DNA from: Octopus bimaculoides
Taxonomy: Eukaryota
Length of the DNA: 64,000 bases
Assembly (NCBI RefSeq): GCF_001194135.2
Contig: NC_068989.1
Location: forward strand, 88,786,252-88,850,251
Direction: 5' to 3'
Both the position numbers and the translations under genes were made by a program. A model generated the notes under the pieces. It was given only the letters and a program-made list of their open reading frames with translations, made no database searches and was not told where the DNA came from. This document shows, piece after piece, positions 42,930-57,700 of this stretch; positions within the stretch are counted from its first letter, which is position 1; each line of letters starts with the position of its first letter.

Positions 42930-44560
42930 GCTTTCAACCAGCAGTGGGGTCAGATCCTAATTGATGCATAAGGCAAGGAATAGGAAGTTATAACGTAGAC
43001 AATTGGGTGTTCCTATGGAACAGCATATTGGGGGTAACAAACTAGATCTGTAACTGGTGCAAGGACCCAACAAAAAAAAAAAAATCAAAAAGGTATGACC
43101 TGGATGGAATCGCTCCAAAGTAGAGCCATAAAGGCTGAGATCTAGGAGTGGAAAGAGTGGATGGAAAAAAAAAAGCAAAGAACAAGAAGCTAGATGTCAG
43201 GTACACCTAGCATGGAGAAGTGCTGAAAGTAAGAATTTTGCCAGTGTTCTAAGACATGGTCAGAAGCATGAATTGTTCCAGATTGCAAGGCAGTATACGA
43301 AAGAAATCAAAACCTTGTTGATGTGTATACCTAATGGCAAGAGCAGACTTGCTCTTATTGACACTGAAAAGACCGAGTTATGGAAGAGCTGTTAATAAGG
43401 AATTGTTGAGTTGGGAGGATGCATAGAAGATGGCGGGTTATATGAAGGTGAATCTAGGAGGACCAGTCAATTAAGTTGACAGCAATTATTGTTGATGGTG
43501 TTTAATGATATGAAGATAGGAAATGTATCTGGTTCATCAAGAATAGCAGACGTTTCAAATTTCTAGCAGAATAGATTACAAGCTAATCACTCACATAGGT
43601 AAATTATGATACCTTAGGGCTGGTGTAGTAGCAGCATCAACTGTTACGAGGACAAAAGGGCTGCACTTGAAAGAGGAACTAGAGGTATCAAACTGCAGTT
43701 GATTAGGAAAAGAATTAACCTAAATGAGATGCAGTTTGGCTTTGTGCCAGGAAGTACTACTACTGATGGCTTCTTAGTGAGACAACCACAGAAATACTTG
43801 TTCAAGAGTAAACTCATATAGCTGGCATTTGTTGACTAGTGTGGCCTTCAGTGGGGTATCTAGCTCTGATCTAGAAGTCTGTTCATTATAATCTTGTAAG
43901 CTGAAGCAGGAATTTAAGACCAGCTGTCTGTGGGAGCACCTAAATGTTGATCTAGTCCTTATTGCTGAATCTATTGTAGAATTAGACCGAAATAAAAACC
44001 AAGAAGCAGAAGAGAAAACAAAACCTTACTAAATTTACAATTGTCATGCTCACTATGCAGACAAGAAGGTAGAAATTCCATATGTACCCATTGTCGCACA
44101 GAAGGAACACTTCACGGGACAGGTGGTAAGAGGCAATCAGCCAAAGCTTACAGAAAATAGATTCTTTCAGAAGGGATGGGTGTTTTGAAGATATAATAAA
44201 ACTGAGTTAATAGAACTCTCTGCAAGATGGGGCTTCTCTCTCAGTGGAGATAGATATGAGGGTTTTGTACAGTGTAATACTGCATTGTTGCTGCAAGACT
44301 TGATGCAGAAGATTGGAAAGAAATGAAGCAAGCATTCCTTGCTGTATGTATGATGCTACTATGCATGAAAGACAAGGTGCGTATGAGCTGAGAGAAAAAT
44401 TGTCAGAGGAATTAAATGTAATCTGCAAAGGAGAAGAGTATTATGGCATGACTATGTGATGTATATTGAGGATGACTGCTGTAAACAGAAAGGGACTTGA
44501 GGAAGATGTGGGACAAAGTAGTGAATGCTGATTTCACAGAAATGATAAAGGACCATATCA
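42930..44560 (+). mobile_element. Older, more decayed RTE LINE fragment
   Basis: Collinear but diverged similarity to 47880-49845 (e.g. GATGCAGTTTGGCTTTGTGCCAGGAAG); boundaries approximate. Confidence 0.7.
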
Positions 44561-45249
44561 ACCAGCAAAATCCAGTGCTGGAGAAGGCCCATTAATAAGC
44601 ATTAAAAAATGGCAGAGCGGGGGGACATAATTGTGTGTGCACGCATTAATTTCACATCTGCTGCCTCCCCCACTTTTCGATACCCTCTCTTTTCATTCTC
44701 TTGTAGCAAGTGATCGTATTGAGCCTAGCCATATTTCATTTCCCCACCATCCTCACCCTGTTTATAAGGACTGGTTGTACTTGATACCATCTACTATTAC
44801 CCTGTCTCTCTCTTAGGCTACTCATCATTCACTTCCATTGTTATCCATCACTCCCTCTGTTCTCTCATCCCAATCTAATTTCCCATTATATTCAAGTGCC
44901 CTGCATCCACTTGTTCCACAGTCATTGTTCTCTTCAGTTTACTTTCCTTCTCCATCATGTTGCTGTAAGCAGACAAATACTTCGTAGAGTAATGAGAACT
45001 TGTTGATATAAGGGGAAACTATAAAGCAACATCACTAATCTTGGTGCCACAATGAATTGCTCCCAGTACACTGTAAAGTAGTTATTAATAGGAAGGGCAT
45101 CCAGTCAGAGAAATCACTCTGAGACTGAAATAGGCAATGTTGTGCTCCAACCTATCTGGGAAGGCAATAACTTTGAATAGGAACAAAATCCATGCCCGTA
45201 TGGAACATAGATGTCAAAGTGATGGGGGTTGACTTTCAATATTAATATA

Positions 45250-45585
45250 GACGCATGGCTCTGTGGTTAGTGTCAAGCTTACGATTGTGAGGTTGTGAGT
45301 TTGATTGCTGGACTAGCCTGCGTGTTGTTCTTGAGCAAGGCACTTTATTTCACATTGCCCCGTTTCACTCAGCTTTAGAAATGAGTTGCGACATCACTGG
45401 TGCCAAGCTGTATTGGCTTTTGCCTTTCCCTTGGATAACATTGGTGGTATGCATGGGCGACTGCTGGTCTTCCATAAAAACAACCCTAGGTTGTGCGTTC
45501 GCTGGTGAGGCAACTTTCTGCTCAGACTTGTACCCTGGAGTGGAACCTCTTAGGTGCACCCATGGTTGTTCTTGACCAACAGTCA
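45250..45585 (+). mobile_element. tRNA-headed SINE, family H
   Basis: Reverse-complement homology to 19965-20305. Confidence 0.75.
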
Positions 45586-47879
45586 AGTTAATATAGGCAC
45601 ACATGCATGCAAAGAATATGCACTAATCAAGATTCAATATAAATGCACAATATGTTATATTTAAAATAGTCTGAGAGATTTAGAAATGTATTATTTCTAT
45701 TTTTGAAATCACTGTTTCACTAGAATTATGTTTACAAGAGCTTGACAGGTATCTCCAACTAGCAGGCCATTGCTACTCTAGGCTGATGACGAGCAAAGAC
45801 TCAGAAACATGCCTCTGGATGCAGGCTTAGCTGAGTGGAGGTGCTTGTCTCCCCCTTGTAAACATAAGGACATAGGAAATGTGTCAAGGCCGACAGGAAG
45901 CGGTGCAGCTTCCTAGGGCTAAATAGCAGTAGTATAATTCCCTTCATGGGACTGTCACATTAAGTTGATAGCATACAACTACTTTATGTTAATAGTTTTC
46001 AAAGTTAGTAAATAGTTTAAATTTTTGTAGACATGTGACCTGAAGTTCCTTAATGGCTAGTTGTATGACAGTTGCTAAACTCCTTTTTTATAGGATAAAA
46101 TTTGTTTTACTTTTTATTTAGTAAAATAGCTTTTTAAAGCATTTTTTACATTCATGTTTTTCTTTTTGTGGACTGTGGTTACACCTTCAGTGTCTATATC
46201 ATTTTAATGCTCACTTTTCCAAAGTTGCCTGGCTCAGGTGAAATTCAATGTAGATTTTCTGTCATTGAATGTTCTTCGTATTGCCAACCCTCACTTGTTT
46301 CCAAGTAAGATATTTCCTCTAGTTTGTGCATGCAAACAACACAATCATTGGATATGTTTTCATTTAAAATTACAAACAGATGACACCACTGGCATAAAGG
46401 TGCCATTTGCTTGCATTTAGCACGTCATGAGAAGGGACACTCTTGTATGCACACATTTTGGGCTTCTTTCAGTGTTCCTCTATGAAATCCATTCACAAGG
46501 TTTTGCTTGGCATCACTGTAGTAGACATTTGCTGTACAGTGGGTTTAACCCCCAAATCATATGATTGCAAAGTCATGCCTGCTTACATTATATTTAAGCT
46601 TATAGATTAGAACTAAAAATTCACTCTTTTTTTTCCCCTTGTTGGGTGATGCAATTCTTTTCATCTGTATTAAGTCATTGATTTATATTTAGTAAATTAA
46701 AACCTCATTTATTTTTCTGTTGTACTAGATTTCTTCATGCTTTGTTTCTGTACACTAACATTTTAGTCGGGTTTTTACCTCCAATTCTTGGGTGAGATGA
46801 GATCCTATTACTCTAAACCTAATTAGATCAACCCTGCTTACTTTCATTTTTCTGATTGTAAAAAGCCACCATTGACAATGTTTGTCATACGTTTATAAAA
46901 TGTTCTTAATTGTTCACTTTTCTGCCTTGACATGTTATTCTTGCTTTATGAACCTAGTTGTGTGTGCATAATTCTTCTGAAAGCCTGTTTTTATAGATGG
47001 TGTTTGTAATTTTTTTTTTATGAATGCACAAATTTGAGGACTTGTTTTGACACATGGATTTGCAACTGTTACAGCAACTAATCCTTGTGGAGCTGCTTTG
47101 TTCCAACTCTAAACGCACATGGTTTAGTGGTTAGGGTTTTCAGCTTATGACATCAGGTCATGTGTTTGATTCTTGGCAAAAATGAATTGTTCCTATAATT
47201 CAAAGGGTATGCATGTCTGTGGGTTGCTCAGCTGCTTGCACGATATAATTTTGGAACAGCTGGAGTCCTTGTCATTGTAGCCAGAATGCTTATTTATTGT
47301 TCTCAACTCTGTTTTTAATTGGTAGACTTAATCTGTTAGGTAAACACCATGACCCTTTCTTTGGGTGCCTTATTGAGTTTACTCTCTTGCAAGCATTTGG
47401 GTCTAATCTCTGGTTTGAAGATAATCTCATCCCTAACAAAACTCAAGAAAAAATAGTATGTAATTATTTTGAGATTTCGGTATTGTGGAATTCTCATTCA
47501 TCATTTAATGTCTGTTCATGCTGACATAGGTTGGACAGTTTGACTGGGCTGGCATGTTGGAAGGCTGCACCAGACACCAGACTGATTTGGTATGGTTTTC
47601 TACAGCTGGATGCCCTTCTTAATGCCAACCACTCCAAGAGTGTAATAGGTGCTTTTATGTGCCACCGACACGGGTGTCATTTGCGTGATATTGGGGTGCA
47701 TTTACATGCCACTAGCACGACACCGGTATTTGCCACGATTGCAATTTTGCTCGGCTTAATGGGTCTTCTCAAGAATGGCATAATGCCAAAGGTCTTGGTC
47801 ATTACCTCTGTGAGGTCCACTAATATTTTTCTTACATATCCTTCTGAATGACTTAACTGGTAATCATTATTTTCATACA

Positions 47880-49845
47880 CACATGCAATAGGCATGCAGT
47901 CCATGGAAGCAAGGGAAGTAAGGTAGAGAGGAGGTTCTGCTAGGTTCCTCACAGACAAAGAACACAGGTACAAGATTTTCTGGGCAGGCTGCTGGAGTTC
48001 TGCGATGCAAATGACCTTATGGTTTGCAATACTAACTTCAGGAAACCTGCCAGTCACCTACCATTCTGGCAGACACACTAGCCAAATTGACTACAACCTC
48101 GCCAGAAAAAGGGAAAGATGGCTGCTTATAAATGCCAAAGAATGTACCCTGCAACACAGACTAGTAGTTAGTGACTACAGGATCAGGGCTAAGTGGTTGC
48201 CTATAGAAGACGACCAGCATGGAGGAGAAGGGTCTGGAAGCTTAAAGATCCTGTGAATAGACAGATTTAGAGACATATTACTTGAAGCTTTTGACGAAAT
48301 AGAAGGGGATATAGCTTCACATGATGTAGAAGACAACTGGAGGTTTCTACGGGACAACGTGCTGAGGGCCACTGACCAGATCTGTCCCCTCTTGACCCAA
48401 AATAACATGGTGGTGGAACAATGTTGTTGACAGGGCTATTAGACAAAAGAAACGGGCTTGGAAGAATGATGGTAGCAGGGAATTTTATCAGACTGCCAGA
48501 AGGGAAGCTAGGAGAGAGATTTATTTAGCCAGAGGGGAAGCAGATAAGAAAAAATATGCCAATGTTCTGCGCCGTGAGGACTATAGACTTGACATATTTC
48601 GTGTTGCAAGACATTGTTTGAGAGAGAATCGTGATGTCGTAGGAGAGAAATGTGTCTGCATGGATGATGGTTCACTCGCACTAAACATGGCTGCAAAGAG
48701 AGAGGTTTGGAGATGCCACTATGAAAGGTTGCTCAATAAAGAGAATGAGTGGGAGAAAGAGTCTACCGAATGTCAACCCAACAGAGGGACCAGCTATCCG
48801 AGTTGACAGTACCATGGTAGATAAAGCAATTAAGAGTATGAAGACGGGGAAAGCCCCCAGCCCATCAGGAATCACTGCAGAGATGCTCAAAATATCTGGC
48901 AGTGTCGGCTATAGCCTAGTATAGTTAACCAGGTGATACATGAAGGAGTCATACCCAATGACTGGTGTAGCAGCACCATAGTCAACTGCTACAAAGGTAA
49001 AAGTGACGCTTTAGATACAAGTAATTAGAAGTATCAAGTTGTTGGATCAGGTAATGAAGGTCATGGAGAGGGTCATAGCCCAACTAATTAGGAAGAGTCA
49101 ATTTAGATGAGATGCAGTTTGAGTTTGTGCCTGGGAAAAGCACCACTGATGCTATATTTCTGGTAAGACAGCTTCAGGAGAAATACCTAGCCAAAGATAA
49201 ATCTCTGTACCTGGCTTTCATTGACATGGAGAAAGCCTTTGACAGAGTCCCTTATCTGGTGGTCAATGAGGAAACTAGGGATAGATGAATGGTTAGTGAA
49301 AGCTGTGCAAGCCATGTACAAGGACGCTGTCAGTAAGGTGAGGATTGGCAACAAGTACAGTGAACAATCCCGGTTAGATGTCCACCAAGGTTCAGTCCTC
49401 AGCCCTCTCCTATTTATCATAGTCCTCCAGGCAATAACAGAGGAATTCAAGACAGGTTGCCCCTGGGAGCTCCTCTATGCTGAGGACTTTGCCCTAGTTG
49501 CTGAGTCACTATCAGACCTAGAGAAGTTTCAGGAGTAGAATCGAAGGGCCTTAGAGTCAACCTAGCTAAAACCAGTCCTAATAAGTAGGAAGGTAGACAA
49601 AACACAAATCCCTTCAGGTAGATGGCCCTGCTCGATCTGTAGAAAAGGCATAGGTAGAAACTTTATAAGATGTACCCAGTGTAAGCTATGGACACATAAG
49701 AGGTGCAGCAATATCAAAGGAAGATGAACTGGGAAGATAGTTTTTGTATGTGGCAGATGCTCGGGAACAATAAACACTGAAAATGTGCAAAAAATAAGTT
49801 TTGCCACATTCCAGGGAGAAAAACTAGAAGTAGTTGATAGCAGAA
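47880..49845 (+). mobile_element. Decayed RTE-clade LINE (end of endonuclease, linker, reverse transcriptase)
   Basis: Fragmented ORFs with [25 protein letters not shown] and LLYAEDFAL (degenerate YADD); many stops and frameshifts. Confidence 0.92.
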
Positions 49846-49849
49846 GCCA

Positions 49850-51280
49850 ATTGTGAGTCTCATTTGAGCTAGCAGGGGATTTTTGTGGAGGGAGTCGGAA
49901 GTATTCTCTGGCCCTTTAGTTATATAGTAATGCAAGGCTTAGTGTTTGTAGTGACCCTGAGGGATTTAGTTTTTTTTTTTTTTTTCCAGTTTGGTGGAAG
50001 AATGTGATATCGTTTTGTTAGTGTGTAGCAGTTGGTCTCTGTGCTGTTTTAAACAAGATTAGTGTGTCCCCTTTAGAGAGCAGTTTCAAAGTTGGTGCTT
50101 GTTGGACATAAAGTCTAGGTTGTGTGTAGATGATGCTCGGAACAGAAGATTTCCATGTCTTCCCAGCTGAGGACCAAACTGCCTTATCTGACATACAATT
50201 ATAAATTGTATATCAGTCTGGGAATGTTGTTGTATTCTGTCAACTGTCATATGTCTGTACATTCACAGTTGGTGTCCACAGTCAGAACATAACAGCTGTT
50301 TCAAGATGTTGTCGTGATCTTGGGTTCTTGTGTATATGTTTGAATATTTTGGAGGAGGTTTTTCATACAGCTACAGGTTATTGACATTGAAGCTTCCTAC
50401 AGCAATAAAATATACTGTTTGTATTTCCAGGTGGTCTTTTATTATTATTTTGCTGTGTAGATGGTCAGTGATGTGCAGTGTGATATTTGTACTTTTGTGG
50501 TTTGTTGTGTACAGGATGGAGGGATACAAGTGGAACTGGCATAGTTTGTGATCTGTCTAATGTAGTGTGCAATTTTTAATTTGTTGGTCAAATGTGGTAT
50601 GCATGATTGCTCCAATTATGCTTTGCATCTTTTTCCATTCTTTTTACCGAGTCTTCATGTATATGTTGCTACTATCTGTTGTGAAAACGGGTTTCAAGGG
50701 ATTTTATATGAAACTGAAGTCCTTGTCATTCTGCAAACACTATGACATAATGCATCAGAATGTGATGTCATAAGCATGTAAAACTGTAGGTTTCATGGAG
50801 AAAGTTTTAGAGAAAGCTAATGAGTGGGTGAGAGCGTTGATCATTATCATATTCTGATTAGGAAGTAATGCATTGTTGCTCTTGTACATTATATAGGTGG
50901 CAATGTAACAAGTAGCATTTTGAGTTTCTAAAGGTAATGTTGAGTGGATTCCAGGAATGGAGTCAAGTTTTCTGTGAATTTGACAGTAAATGTTAGTGGG
51001 TTCGGCAATTCCTTTGTGCCATTGGTATTTTACGTGTACTTTGTGTATATGTACATGGTAGTGATCCTGTATATCTGCAGGAACTGTTCCAACCTATCAG
51101 TATGAGTTGCTCTTGGTTGGAAGACTTTCCATGATAGGCCTACTGGAGCCAAACAAGTCTCTCGAAGCTGTTAATGCTTTTTTTTCATTTCATTTTAATG
51201 AAACCCAAGTTATGTTAATTATCCCTGTAGTTATTCCACCCAGTCTTACTTGGCTTACTGCTGTTTCACTTTGAACTGCT
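49850..51280 (-). mobile_element. Highly decayed non-LTR retrotransposon, probably the endonuclease region
   Basis: Interrupted minus-strand frame with YFIAVGSFNVNNL, resembling the APE GDFN motif; family unresolved, boundaries approximate. Confidence 0.35.
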
Positions 51281-51322
51281 GAATACACTTCTGGTTTTAT
51301 AACAAACTGGTCCTACTTCTAT

Positions 51323-51323
<1 letters not shown>

Positions 51324-51383
<60 letters not shown>

Positions 51384-51619
51384 NNNNNNNNNNNNNNNNN
51401 NNNNNNNNNNNNNNNNNNNNNNNNNNNNNNNNNNNNNNNNNNNNNNNNNNNNNNNNNNNNNNNNNNNNNNNNNNNNNNNNNNNNNNNNNNNNNNNNNNNN
51501 NNNNNNNNNNNNNNNNNNNNNNNNNNNNNNNNNNNNNNNNNNNNNNNNNNNNNNNNNNNNNNNNNNNNNNNNNNNNNNNNNNNNNNNNNNNNNNNNNNNN
51601 NNNNNNNNNNNNNNNNNNN

Positions 51620-51700
<81 letters not shown>
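51324..51700. repeat. (TC)n microsatellite spanning an assembly gap (N at 51384-51619)
   Basis: Direct reading. Other gaps: 8632-8672, 58612-58621, 62689-62698. Confidence 0.97.
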
Positions 51701-51703
<3 letters not shown>

Positions 51704-54700
51704 TTATAGATTTAGTTTTATTTTCTATCAAAATTGAAGAATAAGTATCATTAGCTCTAAGATTCCAAAGGGTCAATTACTGATACACTGCATTTCTAGC
51801 TGTGTGAGTAGTGTTTGTGACTTAGTGCTGAACAAAATTGCAAGGGGCCTCACTAAATGTTCTCTTCATCTTATGTTTACATCCCTCCCAAAAGCTATAT
51901 AAGTAGTCACATGCATGCATGTGCACACACACACACACACTATATTTATTCATATATATCATGCACTTAGATTTTTAAACTTAGGAATTGGGCAGAAGAC
52001 TTTTTTGGAGGGGTGGTGGTGGGGTAATATTTTGTCACATCTTAATTTACAAAGTTTATCTCGTCTGATTTTCTAAAAAAAACAATTTTTAAAAACTTGT
52101 CGGGGTTTCAGAATAAGCACTCACTTCCAACTTTTTTATTTTTATTTTCTGAAGATAGTAAAAATTAGTTCAGTGTTTTCAAATAGAATTGTGATTTTTT
52201 TTTTTTTTAATATCTTTTTTTACCCTGTGTGTTCTATCCCTGTTTAACATAAATATGGTACCCTTTTAACATTTATGTTGAAATATACCTTTGTTTTAAT
52301 TAATTTTGAAAATGAAGAGTTTAGTAAAATAAATTGGTGTTTGGAACATAAATTAAGGTGAAAATTTGATAGGTTTTAAATTAGATCATTTTAAAATAAG
52401 ACATTTTTTATCAGAATCAGGCAACTTCAGGTAAGTTGGTATTCAAGAGTTAAATTACTGATTCAGTTTTAAATGCTTCTGGTGGAGCTACCCAATCTCC
52501 AAGTATTGTATCGAGACACATGGATGGAATTTAAAATAGAATTAGTTGCTATTTTTAACAATACTTGATACAGCCTTGACATCCAGTGATTTGGTTCATG
52601 TATTCTTGCATCACATTCATTGGATCAGCTGGTTGTGATTTAAGAGCAATGTGGCTGTTTTTAATGTCTACATATGATATTTAAAACAGTTGGATGTTTG
52701 GGAAAAATTAAGCTGCCCATTGGCAAGTACATAGTACAACCTGGAGTTGGGTTGTTTAAAGAGGACTTCTTTTAACATGAAACTGTCTTCAGAAGGTAGG
52801 CATATACATTAGTTGTTGCTATTCATGCAATTTCATGTATAAGGGGTTCAATATTTGGGAACAATTTCCAATCCTAGTTAATTTTGTATCTAGTCTGTTG
52901 TTCAACTGTCACAAAATAGTATAGTTTTACTTGCATTGGTAAAGTTCTAAGATCACTTGAATTTTTTTGTTTACTATAGTTTCTTTTTTTTTTTTTTAAT
53001 GTATATTATACAACGATTAATTATCTAATTCCTTTTTTCTGTAAAGAAGTCAGATAATTCATGTACTTCATTATAACTTTTTGTCGTTTCTTTGCCCTTT
53101 AGAGTTGCACAATGCACATAGGTACGCGTTATATGTGAATAAATAGGGTGATAGGCTTCTGCACAATTTCTAGCTATCAAATTCCACCCCCAATGTATTG
53201 GTCAATCTGATGCTGTAATAGAAGACACAAATGTTCAAAATACAGTGTACTTGAACCTGGAACAATGTGATTTCAAAGTATTTTTCAACCGCACAGCTAT
53301 GCCACCATCTGTTTTAATTCTAATCATTTAAAAACGTTTTGGTTTTATTAGTTTTAAGTATATCATAATTAAGCAGTGTCACCTGTCACATTTGCTATTT
53401 TTTACAAAACATGTTTTTTGTTTTGTATATTTGCATTTAAAAGGTGGTTTTTATTTGAAGATTGTGATGTTCTTTGTGTCCAATACTTCTGTGGTGTCTT
53501 GACAATCTACCCTGCAGTCATACTTTTCCAAAGAGTACATATATCGTATTGCTGGTTTAGTTTCAAATCAAGAAATTTCTTATATAATTTTATTTTTACT
53601 TATTTCAGTCATTTTACTGTGGCCATGCTGGAGCACTGCATGACTTATTCTTTGTAAGCCTAGTACTTATTCTATTGGTCTGTTTTGCTGAACCGCTAGG
53701 TTACTAGGACGTAAACACACCATCAGTTGTCAGGTGGGGAGGTGTAAACACACACACATACATGCATTAGGCTTCCTTCAGTTTCCATCTATCAAATCCA
53801 CTCACAAGACTTTGGTTGGCCTGAGACTATAGTTGACACTTGCCCAAAGTGCTATGCAGTGGGACTGAACCCAGAACCATGTGGTTGGGAAGCAAGCTTC
53901 TTGCTACACAGCCACTCTTGTGTGTGTGATTTTAGGCAGCAGATTGGCAGAGATGTTAGAACATTGAAATGTTTCAGCTTGCTGGGCCCTGATTTCAGCA
54001 TCCTCTCAAGGTCAACTTTGCCTTTCATCCTTTCAGGGTTTATAAAGTATCTTTCTTTTGGATTGGCAGAATTGTTAGTGCTTTGGACAGTGCTTTGCAG
54101 TATCTGTTCCAGCTCTGTGCTTTCTGAGTTCAACTTGCAACTGATGCTATCTGCCATTTAGCAATTGTAAAATCAAGGAAACTGTTTTCTTTGTTTATTG
54201 GCTGCTCTGTGATGATTTCAATAACTGCCACCATGATGCTGTACCATTGTTAGCTTTGTCTTCAAATTTAGCAACAGAAACCTAATCTCTTTTTTCTTAA
54301 TCCTTATTATTATGGTCTGAAAATGTTACATTGTGGTATTAGACTGTTAAAACCTTCTCATTAAAGAAAAAAACTGGAGTTGTAAGTGGAATATGTAGAT
54401 TCATATTGTTTTCTCAATAACAGCTAAGAAGTTTAACGAACTGTATAAAAAAAATTCCCCGGTGGTAGTAGTATTGTTAAGTACACCCCAGTCAGTTTCT
54501 GCAAATTTACTTCTTTCAGTATTCACCAATCCCAATGGTAGTATATCATCTTAGCCAGCTGGCAAGGTGAATATTTTCATTTTCTTTCATATGTTGGACT
54601 CTATATTTAATGATGACTAACCATCAACCTCTTTTTACTATGTTATTCACCGTAATATTCAATTAAAATCCTAAAATAACTATCTCAAGGAAACTGCCTA

Positions 54701-57700
54701 AGTTATATACATAGCAGTGTCCTGGAACTTAGACTTTGGCTTGGCATTTTTTCTCTACTTTCAAAACTATTTTAAACCAACTACCAGTATTACAAATATA
54801 CAAATTCTCTTTATGTAAAAAAAAAAAAGAAAACTTAAGCAAACACTTGCACTGACGCAAATATTAAAAAAGGCAACAATGTTTACTTTCTTCATTTTGT
54901 GACCATGAATTGTCGATTTGATAGTAACCATACTAAAAGCCAGTCATAGTTTGGTGAATTCTGTTTGCATGTTGGGATATCGTCTATCAGCTGTTATTCT
55001 TGTAACCTCTATTTTACATTTTCTTTATGCTTTTCCATTTATCTTTTTAATATATTTCTTTTATTTTTATTCCTCTTCTGGCAAAACTTTTTTATCAAGG
55101 TGCATGTTTAATCTCTGATGATTGTTTTTCCTACACAGATTTCTGGTATATTTGTAGTAAATATCTCTTGGTGAATTTTATATTCTGATTGATATTCTAG
55201 TTCTACAATTATACTAATCTGTTTTTGAATTGCTTCACTCCCCATATTAAATTTGTAAATGGTGCTGTCTCACAGTCAAAATAAAATTAGAAGTTTGGAA
55301 CCTGGTTTCAATTCCTAGTTGGTCTTTTTTCACTTATCTTTCCCATGTTTCAGTCACCCCTCCCCTTCCACTAAGTTGTACAGCTGGATACCATTATTAA
55401 CTTAATTAAGGCAGACTTGAGTGAACAATATACTTTTGTCTCACACTGGCTAATTGGTAGAGATTCACTCTCCAGTATTTTCCATACACTTTCACATACT
55501 TTTTCCTTTCTCTCCTTTAGCTGCTAATAGCCATTGTGTTTGTTTTCTTTCTTTCTTTCTCTGAACCAATAAGGAGTACAGCTCTTGTTCAGGCCCAGTA
55601 CAATTCTTCTCACCAGCCTTGTCTCACTTCACCATAAATTATACTAACATCTTTTAATTATTATTTTACACATTTGTGAACATGCAGTCTCCAAACAGAA
55701 TACAATGGTTGACTCCCCAGAACTGTAGTTTGTTGGATTAAGTTTGTAAATGTAAGAAACTTGGAACTGAAGTAATTTACCTTCACAGGTTCATCATCAT
55801 TTAACGTTTGTCTTCCATGCTGGCATGGGTTGGCCGATTCTACAGGAGCTTGCAAGTCGGAGGATTTCACCAAGCTCCACTGTCTGTTTTTAGACTTTTT
55901 TTTTATATATATATGGCTGGATGCCCTTCCTAATACCAACCACTTTACAGAGTTAGAATCTTAAATCTCTCTTCATCAATTACTCAACCAGCCCAAATCC
56001 TAATTGTTTCTGTGCCATGCTGGCATAGAAAACAATGGATACAAATCTTTGAGGTAAGACTTATTTGGCAAAATACCTATATAAAAAAAAAAGTCTGAAT
56101 TTTGAAGGTAAATTAGAAAGCTGGATAAATCTTCCCTAGATTGTGCAGTGGTGTGTGTATAGGGTCCTCTTCTCCTGAGACATTTCCATTGCATATGTTG
56201 TATGCTTCTCAAACTGCCAATCAAAAGTACACTTAACACAATTTTCATTTTTTACTCTCTAATTTATCAGACTTTTTTTTTTTAATTTCCAAATATTTAG
56301 GAATGATGATTCCAGGTTATCCTTGTTTAGTCCCAGATCAGCTCTATGGTTGAAGGCAATCGAGTCAGGAGCCTTTTCTTCAGTGTATTTATCTAGGGCT
56401 GGCAAAATTCCCAAAATTAAGAGATAATGGGGTTAGAGCCCCGAACGACACTGTCAAAACCGTACCTTGGACTGTATTTTACACACACACATAATAGGAT
56501 GTGATAGAGGGATTTGGTTGCTATAGTTGGCATTTGAACTACACAAAGGCTTCTTTGTTGGTTTAATAGTTACTGGCTGCTGTGGATGTCTTTTTTATAA
56601 ATGAATGCTGATTACTATTGAGAATTGTTCCATGGCTATTGAATTTATTACCTTAGTTCATGATTTACTCATTAGATACCTCCACACTTCAATCTGTATA
56701 ACAAAATAACTGCATAACATCCATTAGTTGCCCTTCAGTTATTGATCAGATGTTCCAAAAATGTTTTCTTGGTGGTGACTGACAAAAATTTATAGTGGTT
56801 TTTCCTTATTGTTAAACCACTTTGAACGGCTTAGCATTTCTGCTGCTAACTGACATAGTTTACATTTTATAAGCAACGGTCTAATTCATCTCCTGACTGT
56901 TGGAGGCATGAAATTACAAGATTAACAGCCATTACACAAAACTTTATCCGAAGAAAGAAATGTTTCAAGTCTAAACTTGGACCTCGCCTTTATGAAGTCA
57001 TGTATTGCTTATCAGAAGCATGAAGGATGTCTTCTAGAGTCAGTTATGTATGTTGCAAAGTTAATTTGATGACAGTTGCATAGTATTTATGTTATAGTGG
57101 TGCTATCCAATTTATCTGCCCTATTAGTACCTAGAATCAATGAATATTATGAGTGGTCCTCTATTGATATATTAAGTCCTGTGTTGCTACAGTGTACATA
57201 ATTTACAAATTAGCTTAAATTAAAATTGATTGAAAATACACACTGTTAGAAATTATTATTTACCAAAATTTGTAGATTCATCAATCAAAATACCATGTAT
57301 TTCTTATGGCTCTTTGTTCTGAATGAAAATCCCACTGCGGTCAGCTTTCCCCTTTATCCCTTTGGAGTCTAAAAATAAGTACCAGTTGAATAGTCAAATG
57401 TGTCTAAATCAGAAACTATTTTCGTTTCCCTCTCCTTTCTTCTCGTTGGTAATTCTTTGAAGTTTGTCTGAACTGCTTCTGAGAGTGACCTTGACTGTCC
57501 AGGTAAAATGAGTTCAGTCTGAGCTGAACAATCTTAATAATACCAATAATTAGCTGGTTGACACTTATACATATCAAGTCATTGACAATATTTGGCCTCT
57601 GGTTGCACTACTCTTTCGCTTGGACCATGGGAACACGGTTTTGTGCGATATCAAAAGCTCTGCTTAGCTGTAGCCATGGGTTTTACATTTCTGAATGTTT

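Noticed and set aside
51297-51776. RE-dipeptide ORF
   Set aside because: Translation of (TC)n across an N gap.
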